Part shown: positions 29,961-40,141 of the stretch, piece after piece
Layout: the number at the start of each line of letters is the position of its first letter
Numbering within the stretch: the stretch's first letter is position 1
Source: Nitrospinales bacterium
GTDB taxonomy: Bacteria; Nitrospinota; Nitrospinia; Nitrospinales; JAJDAT01
Assembly: GCA_046757665.1 (NCBI GenBank)
Contig: JBHHYO010000006.1
Span: forward strand, 822-64,821
Direction of reading: 5' to 3'
Length of the DNA: 64,000 nucleotides
Translations under genes and position numbers: made by a program
Notes under the pieces: model-generated
Seen by the model: only the letters and a program-made list of their open reading frames with translations
The model's database searches: none
Told to the model about the DNA's origin: nothing

Positions 29961-30392
29961 TCACGGGATATCCCGTACCAGTCTTACGGCCATGTTCATG
30001 TGCGAATACTGGGAAGGCCAGACTTGCCCGCCGTCTTCGTATTGAATCACCAGGGCCGCCGAATCCTTTGTATCGGATGTCCAGGTAGTGCCCGTACTGC
30101 CGGGCTCGAAGACCGGGGCCAGATAAATCTCTTCGTTGTATTTGTCGGTATTTGTCCAGTTGAGGTCGAACAGGCTGAGAGCCTCGGCACGGTTCGGCAA
30201 CCGCCAGTTGGAATAGCCCGCGAAATTCCGTCGATTGATTTCCTCCACGTAATCCCCGGTTTTCAGCCAGTTGACCCATTTGCGGGTGTCCTGGAAAGAG
30301 TCGGTTTTTTTCCACATAACATTCAGTTGGCGGTCGGTAATGGTTCCGTCGCCGTTGTCCTGAAAACGTTGGTTTTCCGTTTTTGAGGTCAT
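29961..30392 (-). CDS. DUF1566 (Lcl C-terminal) domain protein
   Basis: RF.DNGDGTITD...MW, GYSNWRLP, VRLVR. Confidence 0.88.
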   Translation of the reverse strand: MTSKTENQRFQDNGDGTITDRQLNVMWKKTDSFQDTRKWVNWLKTGDYVEEINRRNFAGYSNWRLPNRAEALSLFDLNWTNTDKYNEEIYLAPVFEPGSTGTTWTSDTKDSAALVIQYEDGGQVWPSQYSHMNMAVRLVRDIP

Positions 30393-30440
30393 TTTATTTT
30401 AGGGGTTATGGCGCTTTACCGGGTTTGGGAGACGAGAGGG

Positions 30441-32825
30441 CTACCAGCCTTGTCCTTTGGCTCCATAGGCGCCGCCGGTGGTTTTGCCTTTTTTCAGATA
30501 ATTGTTCAGATCGGAGGCGTCGAGATGCTTTTTTGATTCCGAGCGGTCCCGCCCTGGTTTCGGATAAACGGGGGAATAAGGCAGTTCTATGGAGAACACG
30601 GTTCCCCGGGGGTAATTGTCGCGCACCTGAATGGCGCCGTTATGGTCGATGACTATGCGGTTGACAATAGCCAGCCCCAGCCCCATTCCACGTTTTTTGG
30701 TCGTGTAATAGGGGAGAAAAAGCTTGTCCCGGCTGGCGGAGGAGATGCCGACGCCGTTATCGGAGAATTCGATGTTGACCCGTTTTTTCTGCGTGTTCAA
30801 CCGGGTCGAAATTTCAATGATTCCCTTGCCGTTGATGGCGTCCCTGGCATTCTCGAACAGATTGATGAAAAGCCTGCGAAATTGTTCGGGGTCGATGTTG
30901 ATGAGATTGAGGTTCGGATCGTAATTTGTTTTGATCTCCATTTTTTTGTCATGGTCTTTGTACAAGACGGAAACGTTGTCGATTATTTTGCTGAGGGAGA
31001 CGGGTTGCGGATTGGGAGCGGGCAAGCGTGAAAACCTCAGGAATTGCTCCAGAAGTTCCTGCATGTCCTCGACTTCCTGGGTGATGATGCCGATACTTTC
31101 ATTGAAGATGCGGGCGAAATCTTCCTTGTTCTCCTGAAATTTCTTGCGTAGCCGTTGCGTGTTGAGGAGGATTGGGGTCAGGGGATTTTTGATTTCGTGG
31201 GCGATGCCCTGGGCCACTTCCCGCCAGGCGGCGATTTTTTGGGCTTTGATCATTTGGGTCAGGTCTTCAAATACGATAACGAGACCGAGGTATTTTTTCC
31301 CGGTGTCCTGCAAGACGTTGATGTTTACCAGAAGTGTGAGGTGGTTTTCGCCCACCATCAATTCGATCTGTTTCTCCAGTGAACCCTTGGCGCCGCTTTC
31401 GCTCATCTGCCGGGTCATGTTGCGGATGGGTTCGTGGAACGCCCGGTCGAAAGCGTCCTTGTAACTGGTTCCCAGGATATCGCGGTTTTGGATGTTCAGG
31501 ATTTTTTCGGCGGCCTTGTTGAGAGTCGTGATGCGTCCTTTTCTGTCGATGGAAATGACCCCGGCGCCGATATTTTCCAAAAGAGTTTCCATGTAATTTC
31601 GCCGGCGGTCCAGTTCGATGTTGGTTGATTTTAAATCTTCGTGAACGCTCTGAAAGTTTTTCCGGCTTTCGTTCAAATCATCCGTCATCTTGTTGAAGGA
31701 ATCGACCAGCATGGCAATTTCGTCGTTGGCCTGGACCTTAATTTTGAAATTCAAGTCTCCCTCGGCGATTCGGCGTGTTCCCTTCGCCAATTGCTGGATG
31801 GGAATGGTGATCCCGCGGGCCATGTAGAAACCCAGCCAGATTGCGGAGAACAGAATCAGCAGGGTGATCATGATGAAGGTGATGTAATAGTTGGCGGTAA
31901 CCGGCAGATGCAACAGGCTTTGTTTTTTGTACTCCTCGAAAATTTTTCTGATGTTTTCGATTTTCAAAACGGTGTGGCTCGGTACCTGCGAGAGGGAGAC
32001 CATGTAGCCCCAGATCGACAGTTTGCCTTTTACGGTCTGGGTGAGCGGAGCCATCACCATCAGATAACGGTGTTGGCCGATTTTGCGGATTTCGGATACT
32101 TTCTCTCCTTCCACGCTTTTTTTGATCAAATCGGCGGCATTGCGTTGCAGTATGTTGGCCGGCAGGGCCGTCGCGGTTTTCGATACCACGGTTTTCAGGT
32201 CATTGTCGTACAGCACAACGCCTCCCAGTTGGTATTCGTCGATTTTTTGCGTCAGCAACCGGCTGAGGCGATTTCTTTTGTCTTTTTCGTACAGCTTGTT
32301 TTTTGTGATGAATCCCTCGATTTTTTTGGACCGCAGGAAGACGTCTTTTTCCAGAAGGGCGTAATAATCCTGCGCCACCTCCATGGATTGCCGGAGCGAT
32401 TGCTCCACCTGTAGGCTGAACCAGGCGCCGATGCTGTAACTGAACAGCTTGCTGGCGACGAAAAACAACAGGATGGAAGGAATGAGAACCAGGGTCAGAA
32501 AAGCGACGATCAACTTGGTCTGGAATTTTGAACCGATGATTTTGCTTTTTCGCTCATTGTGAAGCTTGACCAGGTTTCGGGTGATCAGGATGAGCAAGAC
32601 CACCAGCAGGATCAGAATCACGTTGAAGAGCGCAACAACGGTGATGGTGTTGGCGAGCGGCGTGGAGGTTTGCTGTCCCAGGATATAGACGCCCAGGCCG
32701 GTCAAGCCGAACAGGGAAAAAACAACGGCGGCGATTATCCTCTGCGTCCGTATTCTTTTTTTTCGGATTTGCTCTTCAGTGGGCGGAAGGACGGGCGGTT
32801 CGTTAATTGAAAGTTCTGATGACAT
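30441..32825 (-). CDS. NtrY-like HAMP/PAS sensor histidine kinase
   Basis: TM helices, HAMP, PAS, AWREVA.GIAHEIKNPLTPI, GMGLGL. Confidence 0.9.
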   Translation of the reverse strand: MSSELSINEPPVLPPTEEQIRKKRIRTQRIIAAVVFSLFGLTGLGVYILGQQTSTPLANTITVVALFNVILILLVVLLILITRNLVKLHNERKSKIIGSKFQTKLIVAFLTLVLIPSILLFFVASKLFSYSIGAWFSLQVEQSLRQSMEVAQDYYALLEKDVFLRSKKIEGFITKNKLYEKDKRNRLSRLLTQKIDEYQLGGVVLYDNDLKTVVSKTATALPANILQRNAADLIKKSVEGEKVSEIRKIGQHRYLMVMAPLTQTVKGKLSIWGYMVSLSQVPSHTVLKIENIRKIFEEYKKQSLLHLPVTANYYITFIMITLLILFSAIWLGFYMARGITIPIQQLAKGTRRIAEGDLNFKIKVQANDEIAMLVDSFNKMTDDLNESRKNFQSVHEDLKSTNIELDRRRNYMETLLENIGAGVISIDRKGRITTLNKAAEKILNIQNRDILGTSYKDAFDRAFHEPIRNMTRQMSESGAKGSLEKQIELMVGENHLTLLVNINVLQDTGKKYLGLVIVFEDLTQMIKAQKIAAWREVAQGIAHEIKNPLTPILLNTQRLRKKFQENKEDFARIFNESIGIITQEVEDMQELLEQFLRFSRLPAPNPQPVSLSKIIDNVSVLYKDHDKKMEIKTNYDPNLNLINIDPEQFRRLFINLFENARDAINGKGIIEISTRLNTQKKRVNIEFSDNGVGISSASRDKLFLPYYTTKKRGMGLGLAIVNRIVIDHNGAIQVRDNYPRGTVFSIELPYSPVYPKPGRDRSESKKHLDASDLNNYLKKGKTTGGAYGAKGQGW

Positions 32826-33474
32826 GATTTGAAACTTTTGGGTTCCCGCTTTTTTTCTTGGGCGTTTTTCGGATGGCGGGACCTGCCGCCCTTTCCCGAG
32901 TCGGCTGCCACGCGAGCGGCGAGGATTCCGCCCATGCCGTTTTCACGTCGTTGAAGGGGACAAAAAAGAAAATGTAATTAAAAGGAAACCAGAACCGGTC
33001 GGTTTCCAGGTCGGCTTTTACGCGGACATAATATCGTTGCTCGGGATTCAGCTTCTTCAGGGAAGCAATGGGCACATCGCGCAGGTTCAGCATCAACTCC
33101 CGCAGACGGTTGATGTCATGCGTAACGATCTTGCTTTGCCCGTTTTTACTGCTGAAGGAAATCCGGTAAACCTTTTTCAACGAGTCGTACTGGACGGTAT
33201 TGCTGACGACATTGGTGTTCACCAGGCTGTCAATCCACAGGGAGGAGATTTTGCGTAATTCAATGGTATAGGTGAAGGTCATGGGAATGCCGCTGTCGAT
33301 GGCTTCCATAATGTCCTCGGTAAAGCCGTCGATCAGCATGGCGCCGATGGTCACCATACTGCCTTTTGTTTTGACGTCGATATTGACGATGGCGGGATCG
33401 GCCGCGGCGGGCGCGGCAGTAACCAGCAGGGCAGTAACCAGCAGGGCAACCAACCAGGAGGTTTGCTTACTCGT
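32803..33474 (-). CDS. DUF4390-like exported protein (start uncertain)
   Basis: Signal peptide, EAIDSGIP.TF.Y, usual position upstream of ntrY-type kinase. Confidence 0.72.
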   Translation of the reverse strand, partial: TSKQTSWLVALLVTALLVTAAPAAADPAIVNIDVKTKGSMVTIGAMLIDGFTEDIMEAIDSGIPMTFTYTIELRKISSLWIDSLVNTNVVSNTVQYDSLKKVYRISFSSKNGQSKIVTHDINRLRELMLNLRDVPIASLKKLNPEQRYYVRVKADLETDRFWFPFNYIFFFVPFNDVKTAWAESSPLAWQPTRERAAGPAIRKTPKKKSGNPKVSNHVIRTFN

Positions 33475-34390
33475 GGTTGTTCCGGAAGTATTCCCAGGTG
33501 CCCAGCAAATCCTCTTCCAGGGCGTGACGGGGTTGCCAGCCGAATTTTTCGTTGAATTTCCGGTGATCGATCGCACTTCTTCTTTGCTCACCTTTTCGCG
33601 CAGGCTCATATTGGATCTCCACCGTTCGTCCGGATACCCGGACAAGCTGTTTTGTCAGCTCATTGATGGAAGTTTCCTTGCCTGTCCCGATATTGAAAGT
33701 GCCCGAACAATTCGCCTCCAGGGCGAGAAGGTTGGCCCGAACGACATCTCCAACGGAAATGAAGTCTCGCGTTTGCTCACCGTCTCCAAAGATAACGGGA
33801 GACTGGTGTTGTGCCAACCGGCGACAAAAAATAGATATCACCCCCGCTTCACCGTGCGGGTCCTGGCGGGGGCCGAAGACGTTGCTGTACCGAAAGATGA
33901 CCGGGTTCAGGTTGTAAACGTTTTTGTAAAATGTTAGATAATTTTCCAAGCATAGTTTGGAGATGCCGTAAGGACTCGAGGGCCGGCATGGAACATCCTC
34001 GCAAGCCGGCAACTGGTCCTGGTCTCCATAAAGGGCTCCTCCGGTCGAAGCAAAAACAATCTTTTTGATTCCGAACGATACCGCATTTTGTAGCAATTGT
34101 AAAGCGCCAATAATATTGGAGTTAGCGTCAAACACCGGGTCTGCTACCGAACGAATGACCGATGCCTGGGCGGCATGGTGGTTGATGACTTCGATATCTT
34201 CTTTTTGAAAGATGGCCTTGGTTTCCGGGTCCAGTAAATCCATTTGATAAAAAACGGCTTTTGGATTGATATTGGTTTTTTTGCCGGATGACAGGTTGTC
34301 CAGAATCATCACGTGGTGGCCTTGTTCGATATAAGCGTCAACGATATGGGATCCGATAAACCCGCCGCCGCCGGTGACCAGGATGTTCAT
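33467..34390 (-). CDS. NAD-dependent epimerase/dehydratase (UDP-glucose 4-epimerase-like)
   Basis: TGGGGFIGSH, YGISK, NVFGPRQ, GDGEQTRDF. Confidence 0.92.
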   Translation of the reverse strand: MNILVTGGGGFIGSHIVDAYIEQGHHVMILDNLSSGKKTNINPKAVFYQMDLLDPETKAIFQKEDIEVINHHAAQASVIRSVADPVFDANSNIIGALQLLQNAVSFGIKKIVFASTGGALYGDQDQLPACEDVPCRPSSPYGISKLCLENYLTFYKNVYNLNPVIFRYSNVFGPRQDPHGEAGVISIFCRRLAQHQSPVIFGDGEQTRDFISVGDVVRANLLALEANCSGTFNIGTGKETSINELTKQLVRVSGRTVEIQYEPARKGEQRRSAIDHRKFNEKFGWQPRHALEEDLLGTWEYFRNNHE

Positions 34391-37050
34391 TCCGTTTTCT
34401 CCCCCTTTGCAAGACGGTACAATTCATAAATAAGGTCCAGAGCCTGGCGGGGCGTCAGGGTGTCGGGATCGTTTTCGACAAGTTTCTGGTACAAGGGATT
34501 GGGGGAGCTATTGAAGAGAGTCAGTTGACTGGGGCTGTCGTCCGCGGGGGCGGTGGACGAGCGCCCTATTTTCGGCGCTCCCACTTCGTCGTATTCGTTC
34601 TTTTCCAGGTTGAATAGAATTTCCCTGGCTCGTTGCAATACCTGGCTCGGCAGGCCGGCCAGGCGCGCCACCTGGATTCCGTAGCTCTTGTCGGCGCTTC
34701 CTGGGGCTATTTTCCTCAGAAAGATGATTTCGTCATTCCACTCCTTGACCTGAATGTTGAAATTTTTTACGCCGTCCAGGAAAGAGGCGATGTCGGTCAA
34801 TTCATGGTAATGGGTGGCAAACAGGGTCTTGGCGCCGATATGCCCCGGGCCGTGCAGGTATTCGACAATCGACCAGGCAATGCTGATGCCGTCAAAGGTG
34901 CTGGTTCCCCGGCCGATTTCATCCAGGATGATCAGGCTTTTCGGCGAGGCGTTGTTGAGGATGTTGGCGGTTTCGTTCATTTCCACCATGAAGGTGGATT
35001 GTCCTTTCAGTAGATAATCCTGGGCGCCCACGCGGGAGAAAATCCGGTCCACGACGCCGATTTCCGCTTGCTCCGCCGGGACGAAACTGCCGATCTGGGC
35101 CATGAGGGTGATGATGGCGACCTGGCGGAGATAGGTGGACTTGCCGGCCATGTTGGGGCCCGTGATGATCATGATCTGGTTTTCCTTGCAGTTCAGCAGG
35201 GTGTCGTTGGGGATGAATGAGCCGTCCGGGCCGGTTCGCTCGACGAGGGGGTGGCGGCCGTTTTCGATGCGCAGGGTGTCGTCCCCGCTAATCCGTGGAC
35301 GCGAAAACCTGCCTTGGTGGGCGGCCTCGGCAAACGCCAGGAGCGCGTCGATTTCGCTGATCGTGCCGGCCATCGCCTGGATGCGGCGGCCCTGCGCCGC
35401 CACCCTTTCCCGCGTCATTTGAAACAGCTTGTGCTCCAGTGCGGCGATTTTTTCCTCCGCGCCCAGGATGTCCTCCTCATACTGTTTCAGTTCCGGAGAG
35501 ACGAACCGCTCGGCGTTTACCAGGGATTGCTTGCGGATGTAGTCCGGCGGCACGCGGTCGAGGTTCTTCTTGGTGATTTCGATATAATAACCGTAAATTT
35601 TGTTGTAGCCGATTTTCAACAGGGGAATGCCGGTGCGCTCTTTTTCCCGGGTTTCCAGGGAGGCGATCCATTGTTTGCCTTCGCGGCTGACGGATTTCAA
35701 CCGGTCCAGTTCGTCGTCGCATCCCGGTTTGATGATGTTTCCCTCCTTCATGTTGAGCGGCGGGTCATCGACGATCATGCGGTCGATGCAGTCGAACAGG
35801 TCTTCAAGGTTGTCCCAGGAGTCGGTGTATTTTGCGAGGGCCGGGGATTGGCGGTCGCGCAGTAGTTCGAGCAGGTCGGGCAAACCGCGCAGGGACGACT
35901 TGAGCGCCGCCAGGTCGCGGGCGTTTCCCATGGTGAGGGAAATGCGGCCCAGCAAACGCTCCAGGTCATAGACTTGCTTGAGATGCCGGCGCACTTCTTC
36001 GCGGCGCATGAAGTCGGCGTTGAATTCCTCGACGATTTCCTGGCGGTTTTCGATTTCGCGGATTTCCACAAGGGGTTTGAGTATCCATTCGCGTATCCGG
36101 CGCGCTCCCATCGCCGTGCAGGAGAGGTCCAGCAAATCCAGAAGGGAACCGGCGCGGCGGCCGCCGACGGATTGCACCAATTCCAGATTGTGGACGGTGG
36201 ATTGGTCCAGCAACATGAACTGGTGAAGATTAAAAGTCGAAATGGAGTTGATATGATCCAGCGTGGATTTCTGGGTGTCGCGCAAATATTGGATGAGCGC
36301 CCCGGCGGCAGAGACGGCTTTTCGCAGATGGTCACAGCCGAATCCTTCCAGCGACTGGGTTTTGAAATGATCGAGTAGCAGGGGGTAGGCGTGCCCGTGG
36401 GAAAAACTCCAGTCCTCGACGGTTTGCAGACAGCAGTCCTGGTTTTTTAGGCCGGCGGTTTTGCCGCCGTTGGCCTCGGTCGATTGGGGAACGATGATTT
36501 CCCTGGGGTCCAGCTTGTCGATCTCGTCGGTCAACAGGGATTCGGCGTTTTCTCCGGAAAACTCGGTGACCTTGAAAAGCCCCGTGGAAACGTCCAGGGC
36601 CGCCAGGCCAAAGCCGTCCCGGTCGAGGTACAGCGCGGCCAGGTAATGATGGCTTTTGGGGTCCAACAGGTTGTCGTCCAACACGGTGCCCGGTGTGATC
36701 ACCCGGACCACCTCGCGTTTGACCAGTCCCTGCGCCGCCTTTGGATCTTCCGTCTGTTCGCAGATGGCGACGTTCTTGCCGTTTTTGATCAACCTGGCGA
36801 TGTAGGCGTTGGCCGCGTGATAGGGGATGCCGCACATGGGGACGGCGTTGGACTTGTTTTTATTGCGCGAGGTGAGGGCGATTTCGAGAATCCGCGAAGC
36901 GGTGACCGCGTCCTGGTTAAACATTTCGTAAAAGTCGCCCATGCGGAAGAACAGAATCGCTTCCGGATGATCTTTCTTGATGCGTTGATATTGCCGCATC
37001 ATGGGGGTTTCTTCCGCGCGGGGCGGCCGGGTTTTGGGCTGGGCCTTCAT
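34387..37050 (-). CDS. mutS: DNA mismatch repair protein MutS
   Basis: TPMMRQY, GDFYEMF, TGPNMAGKSTYLRQ, DEIGRGTST, SYGIQVA. Confidence 0.97.
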   Translation of the reverse strand: MKAQPKTRPPRAEETPMMRQYQRIKKDHPEAILFFRMGDFYEMFNQDAVTASRILEIALTSRNKNKSNAVPMCGIPYHAANAYIARLIKNGKNVAICEQTEDPKAAQGLVKREVVRVITPGTVLDDNLLDPKSHHYLAALYLDRDGFGLAALDVSTGLFKVTEFSGENAESLLTDEIDKLDPREIIVPQSTEANGGKTAGLKNQDCCLQTVEDWSFSHGHAYPLLLDHFKTQSLEGFGCDHLRKAVSAAGALIQYLRDTQKSTLDHINSISTFNLHQFMLLDQSTVHNLELVQSVGGRRAGSLLDLLDLSCTAMGARRIREWILKPLVEIREIENRQEIVEEFNADFMRREEVRRHLKQVYDLERLLGRISLTMGNARDLAALKSSLRGLPDLLELLRDRQSPALAKYTDSWDNLEDLFDCIDRMIVDDPPLNMKEGNIIKPGCDDELDRLKSVSREGKQWIASLETREKERTGIPLLKIGYNKIYGYYIEITKKNLDRVPPDYIRKQSLVNAERFVSPELKQYEEDILGAEEKIAALEHKLFQMTRERVAAQGRRIQAMAGTISEIDALLAFAEAAHQGRFSRPRISGDDTLRIENGRHPLVERTGPDGSFIPNDTLLNCKENQIMIITGPNMAGKSTYLRQVAIITLMAQIGSFVPAEQAEIGVVDRIFSRVGAQDYLLKGQSTFMVEMNETANILNNASPKSLIILDEIGRGTSTFDGISIAWSIVEYLHGPGHIGAKTLFATHYHELTDIASFLDGVKNFNIQVKEWNDEIIFLRKIAPGSADKSYGIQVARLAGLPSQVLQRAREILFNLEKNEYDEVGAPKIGRSSTAPADDSPSQLTLFNSSPNPLYQKLVENDPDTLTPRQALDLIYELYRLAKGEKTE

Positions 37051-37061
37051 TGGACGGATGG

Positions 37062-37553
37062 TCAAAGGATTATTTTTTTAAACAAGGGCGCGAGTTTTTC
37101 GTAGCCTGCCCGCAGGTGTTGCGGGTGAACTTTTGTTTCCGCCAGCACGGGCATGAAATTGGTGTCGCCGTTCCAGCGCGGCACGATGTGGTTGTGCAGG
37201 TGTTCGTCAAACCCCGCCCCGCCGGCCTTGCCCGAGTTGATGCCGATGTTGAAACCATCCGGCTTGTAGGCGGAGTTGAGCAACTCCACGCATTTTTGCG
37301 TCAGTCGGCCCAGCTCGTTCATCTCTTCCGCGTTCAGCAGGGTCAGGCAACCGACATGCCGGTAAAGCGAAACCATCAAGTGTCCGTTGTTGTATGGAAA
37401 CGTGTTCATGATCACGAAACAGAGCGGGCCTTTATACAGGATATAATTTTTTTCGTCCTCATCGGCCGGCGGCAGGGTGCAAAAGATACATTCGTTGCTT
37501 TTTTCTTTTTCTATGTACTCCATTCGCCAGGGAGCCCAAAGGGAATCCATCAT
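37062..37553 (-). CDS. HIT-family hydrolase (Ap4A phosphorylase-like)
   Basis: LWAPWR, CIFC, PYNNGH, HLHNHIVPRW. Confidence 0.92.
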   Translation of the reverse strand: MMDSLWAPWRMEYIEKEKSNECIFCTLPPADEDEKNYILYKGPLCFVIMNTFPYNNGHLMVSLYRHVGCLTLLNAEEMNELGRLTQKCVELLNSAYKPDGFNIGINSGKAGGAGFDEHLHNHIVPRWNGDTNFMPVLAETKVHPQHLRAGYEKLAPLFKKIIL

Positions 37554-37594
37554 TACCACCTGTCTATCCGGTTGCCGCGGCCGGGAACGGGAAA

Positions 37595-38056
37595 TCAAAA
37601 AAAGTGAGCGCCGGTCACGTTGCCTTCCGGGAAGATCGTTTGAAACAATTCGAGCGTTTTGCGTTTCATGCGCCCGGCTTCCGCCCGGGATTTTTCGTGA
37701 TCGTAGCCCAGCAGATGCAGGGTGCCGTGAATGAGCAAAAGGAGCAACTCCTGATCGAAAGAAAGATTATGGTCCCGCGCCTGACGTTGGGCGGTTTCCA
37801 CCGAGACCACTACATCTCCCAGCAGGGCGGACGCCGACTCGTTGCCGTCGCTTTGCGGAAAGGACAAAACGTCGGTGGGCCGGTCGATGTCCCGGTACCG
37901 GGCGTTGAGCTTGCGTATTCTGGCGTCGCCGGCGAACAGGACGCTCAATTCCCTGTCCCGGCACCCCAGGGTGTCCAGAATGATCAGTAACTGCTTCTTC
38001 AATCCCCGGGTGTTTATCTTGCATTTTCTCTGCGCGTTACGGACGTAAACCGGCAT
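37595..38056 (-). CDS. ybeY: rRNA maturation endoribonuclease YbeY
   Basis: TDVLSFP, HGTLHLLGYDH. Confidence 0.95.
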   Translation of the reverse strand: MPVYVRNAQRKCKINTRGLKKQLLIILDTLGCRDRELSVLFAGDARIRKLNARYRDIDRPTDVLSFPQSDGNESASALLGDVVVSVETAQRQARDHNLSFDQELLLLLIHGTLHLLGYDHEKSRAEAGRMKRKTLELFQTIFPEGNVTGAHFF

Positions 38057-38075
38057 GGTATCAACTACCTTTATT

Positions 38076-38503
38076 ACCGCAAAGGCGCAAAGAACGCAAA
38101 GGATTAAAGATTGAGAACAAGGCGTTCAATTCCGTCCTTGAGTACCGAGACATTAAAATTTATCAATAGACCCAATTTACATCCAGTCAGTTTCAAGTAT
38201 GTCAGGATTTGGGCTTTATGAATAGGCAGAAGCTTTTCCACGGCCTTGAGTTCCACGACGACTTGATTATCTACAAGGAAATCCAGGCGAAGGCCGCAAT
38301 CCATTAAAACGTCTTTATAAGAGGTTTGGCTGTTTCTTTTTGGAAGGGGATGTCTTGCAAGGCAAATTCGCGCGCCAAGCACTCTTGATAGATATTTTCC
38401 AGCAATCCTGGGCCAAGAGTTCGATGCACTTCAATACAAGCGCCGATGATTCTATTGGACCACTCATTCTCATCCATCTTTGCGGCCTTTGCGCCTTTGC
38501 GGT
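38076..38503. repeat. 26-bp inverted repeats (38076-38101 / 38478-38503) bracketing the GxxExxY gene
   Basis: accgcaaaggcgcaaagaacgcaaag vs reverse complement accgcaaaggcgcaaaggccgcaaag (24/26). Confidence 0.88.
38104..38477 (-). pseudogene. GxxExxY family (PD-(D/E)XK-like) protein, frameshifted near 38320
   Basis: Frame 1 MDENEW..VHRTLGPGLLENIY; frame 2 YKD..RLDFLV..VVELKAV..GLLINF. Confidence 0.85.
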
Positions 38504-38569
38504 TTATCCACCCTCTCAAATTGGAATGATTTTACCAGAAAATGCGGGGGGCGCGGGGATTTTCCGTTT

Positions 38570-39532
38570 TTACGGTTTGGGCCCTTTGCGGTCGTAGGCG
38601 GTGACGATCTTTTTGACCAGGTCGTGGCGCACGACGTCCTTATCTGAAAAATAAATGAAACGTATGCCTTCGATTTTGTCCAGGATGCCTTGCACGTGTA
38701 TCAACCCGGAATTTTTCGGCCGGGGCAGGTCCACCTGGGTGATGTCTCCGGTCACGACCATTTTGGAGTTGACGCCCAGGCGGGTTAAAAACATTTTCAT
38801 TTGTTCCTGGGTGGAGTTTTGCGCTTCGTCGAGAATGATGAAGGCGTTGTTCAGCGTTCGTCCGCGCATGTAGGCCAGGGGGGCGATTTCGATGATGCCG
38901 TCCTGGATCATGTGCCTCATGCGGTTGGGCAGTAACATGTCGCTCAAGGCGTCGTACAGGGGCATGAGGTAGGGGTGGGTTTTTTCGGAGATGTCGCCCG
39001 GCAGGAACCCGAGGCTTTCCCCAGCCTCCACCGCGGGCCGCACCAGGACGATGCGTTGAAACCTGTTTTTCAGAAGACCTTCCACCGCCAGCGCCACCGC
39101 CAGATAGGTTTTCCCCGTGCCGGCGGGGCCGATGGCAAGGATAATGTCGTGTTTGCGGATGGCCCGGATAAACTCCAGTTGGGTCGATCCCTTGGGTGTG
39201 ATAAAACCTTTTTTCGGGGAAACCTCGATGCGCTCGCTGAGGAGCGAATTCAGATCGACTTCCTCGTCCTCGGCAAACAGGCGGATGGCGTACTTGATGT
39301 CGCCGTTGAAAATGGCGTTACCGCCGGCGATCAGGTCGTGCAACTGGTTGAGCAGGCATTCGACTCGATGGATGGGGTCCGGTTCGCCGGTGATTTTGAT
39401 GTGGTTTCCGCGAGTGGTGATGCGTACTTGAAATTTTTTTTCGATCAGTTTGAGGTTGTTGTCCTGGGTGCCGAAAATTTCCGGGATGAACCGGTTTTTT
39501 TCCAGGGTCAGTTCTTTGGTGGAATGGTTCAA
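38570..39532 (-). CDS. phoH: PhoH-like ATPase (YbeZ)
   Basis: GPAGTGKT, RPAVEAGE, AYMRGRTL, DEAQN, DVVRH. Confidence 0.94.
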   Translation of the reverse strand: MNHSTKELTLEKNRFIPEIFGTQDNNLKLIEKKFQVRITTRGNHIKITGEPDPIHRVECLLNQLHDLIAGGNAIFNGDIKYAIRLFAEDEEVDLNSLLSERIEVSPKKGFITPKGSTQLEFIRAIRKHDIILAIGPAGTGKTYLAVALAVEGLLKNRFQRIVLVRPAVEAGESLGFLPGDISEKTHPYLMPLYDALSDMLLPNRMRHMIQDGIIEIAPLAYMRGRTLNNAFIILDEAQNSTQEQMKMFLTRLGVNSKMVVTGDITQVDLPRPKNSGLIHVQGILDKIEGIRFIYFSDKDVVRHDLVKKIVTAYDRKGPKP

Positions 39533-39586
39533 GCGGGTGCGGTCCTCCGTTTTGTAGGTGAAGGATGGTGCGCTGTTGCCCGGGCC

Positions 39587-40141
39587 CTATTTTCCGCTAC
39601 CGGTCCGAATGAGGCTCAAGAATTCGCTCCGCGTTCTTGCGTCGTTTTTAAAACAGCCGATCATGGCGCTGGTGGTGGTGTAGGAGTTTTGTTTCTCCAC
39701 TCCCCGCATGGACATGCAAAGGTGCAGGGCTTCGATAACCACCGCCACTCCTTCCGGTTGCAGGATGCGGTCCAGGCATTCGGCGATTTGTGTGGTCAGG
39801 CGTTCCTGCACTTGCAGTCTGCGGCAAAAGGCGTCCACGATTCTGGGGATTTTGCTCAACCCGACGATTTTCCCCTTCGGCAGGTAGGCCACATGGCATT
39901 TGCCGAGGAAGGGTAGCAGGTGATGCTCGCACAGGCTGAACACGTCGATATCCTTGACGATCACCATTTCGTTGTAGTTGTCCTCGAACAAGGCGCCGTT
40001 GACCAGTTCGTCGAAATTCGCCCATTGTCCGCTTGTCAGGAAGCGCAGGGATTCGGCTACGCGCTCCGGCGTATTTTTCAGTCCCTCGCGCGACGGGTCC
40101 TCGCCGAGTTCAGTCAGTAGTTGCCGCACCAGTTCTTTCAA
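39587..40141 (-). CDS. folE: GTP cyclohydrolase I
   Basis: [29 protein letters not shown]; TTG start after AAGGAG chosen (ATG at 40165 is an alternative). Confidence 0.95.
   Translation of the reverse strand: MKELVRQLLTELGEDPSREGLKNTPERVAESLRFLTSGQWANFDELVNGALFEDNYNEMVIVKDIDVFSLCEHHLLPFLGKCHVAYLPKGKIVGLSKIPRIVDAFCRRLQVQERLTTQIAECLDRILQPEGVAVVIEALHLCMSMRGVEKQNSYTTTSAMIGCFKNDARTRSEFLSLIRTGSGK

Noticed and set aside
32803-33645. 280-aa annotation of the DUF4390 gene starting at 33645
   Set aside because: It would overlap the epimerase by about 180 bp and bury the signal peptide.
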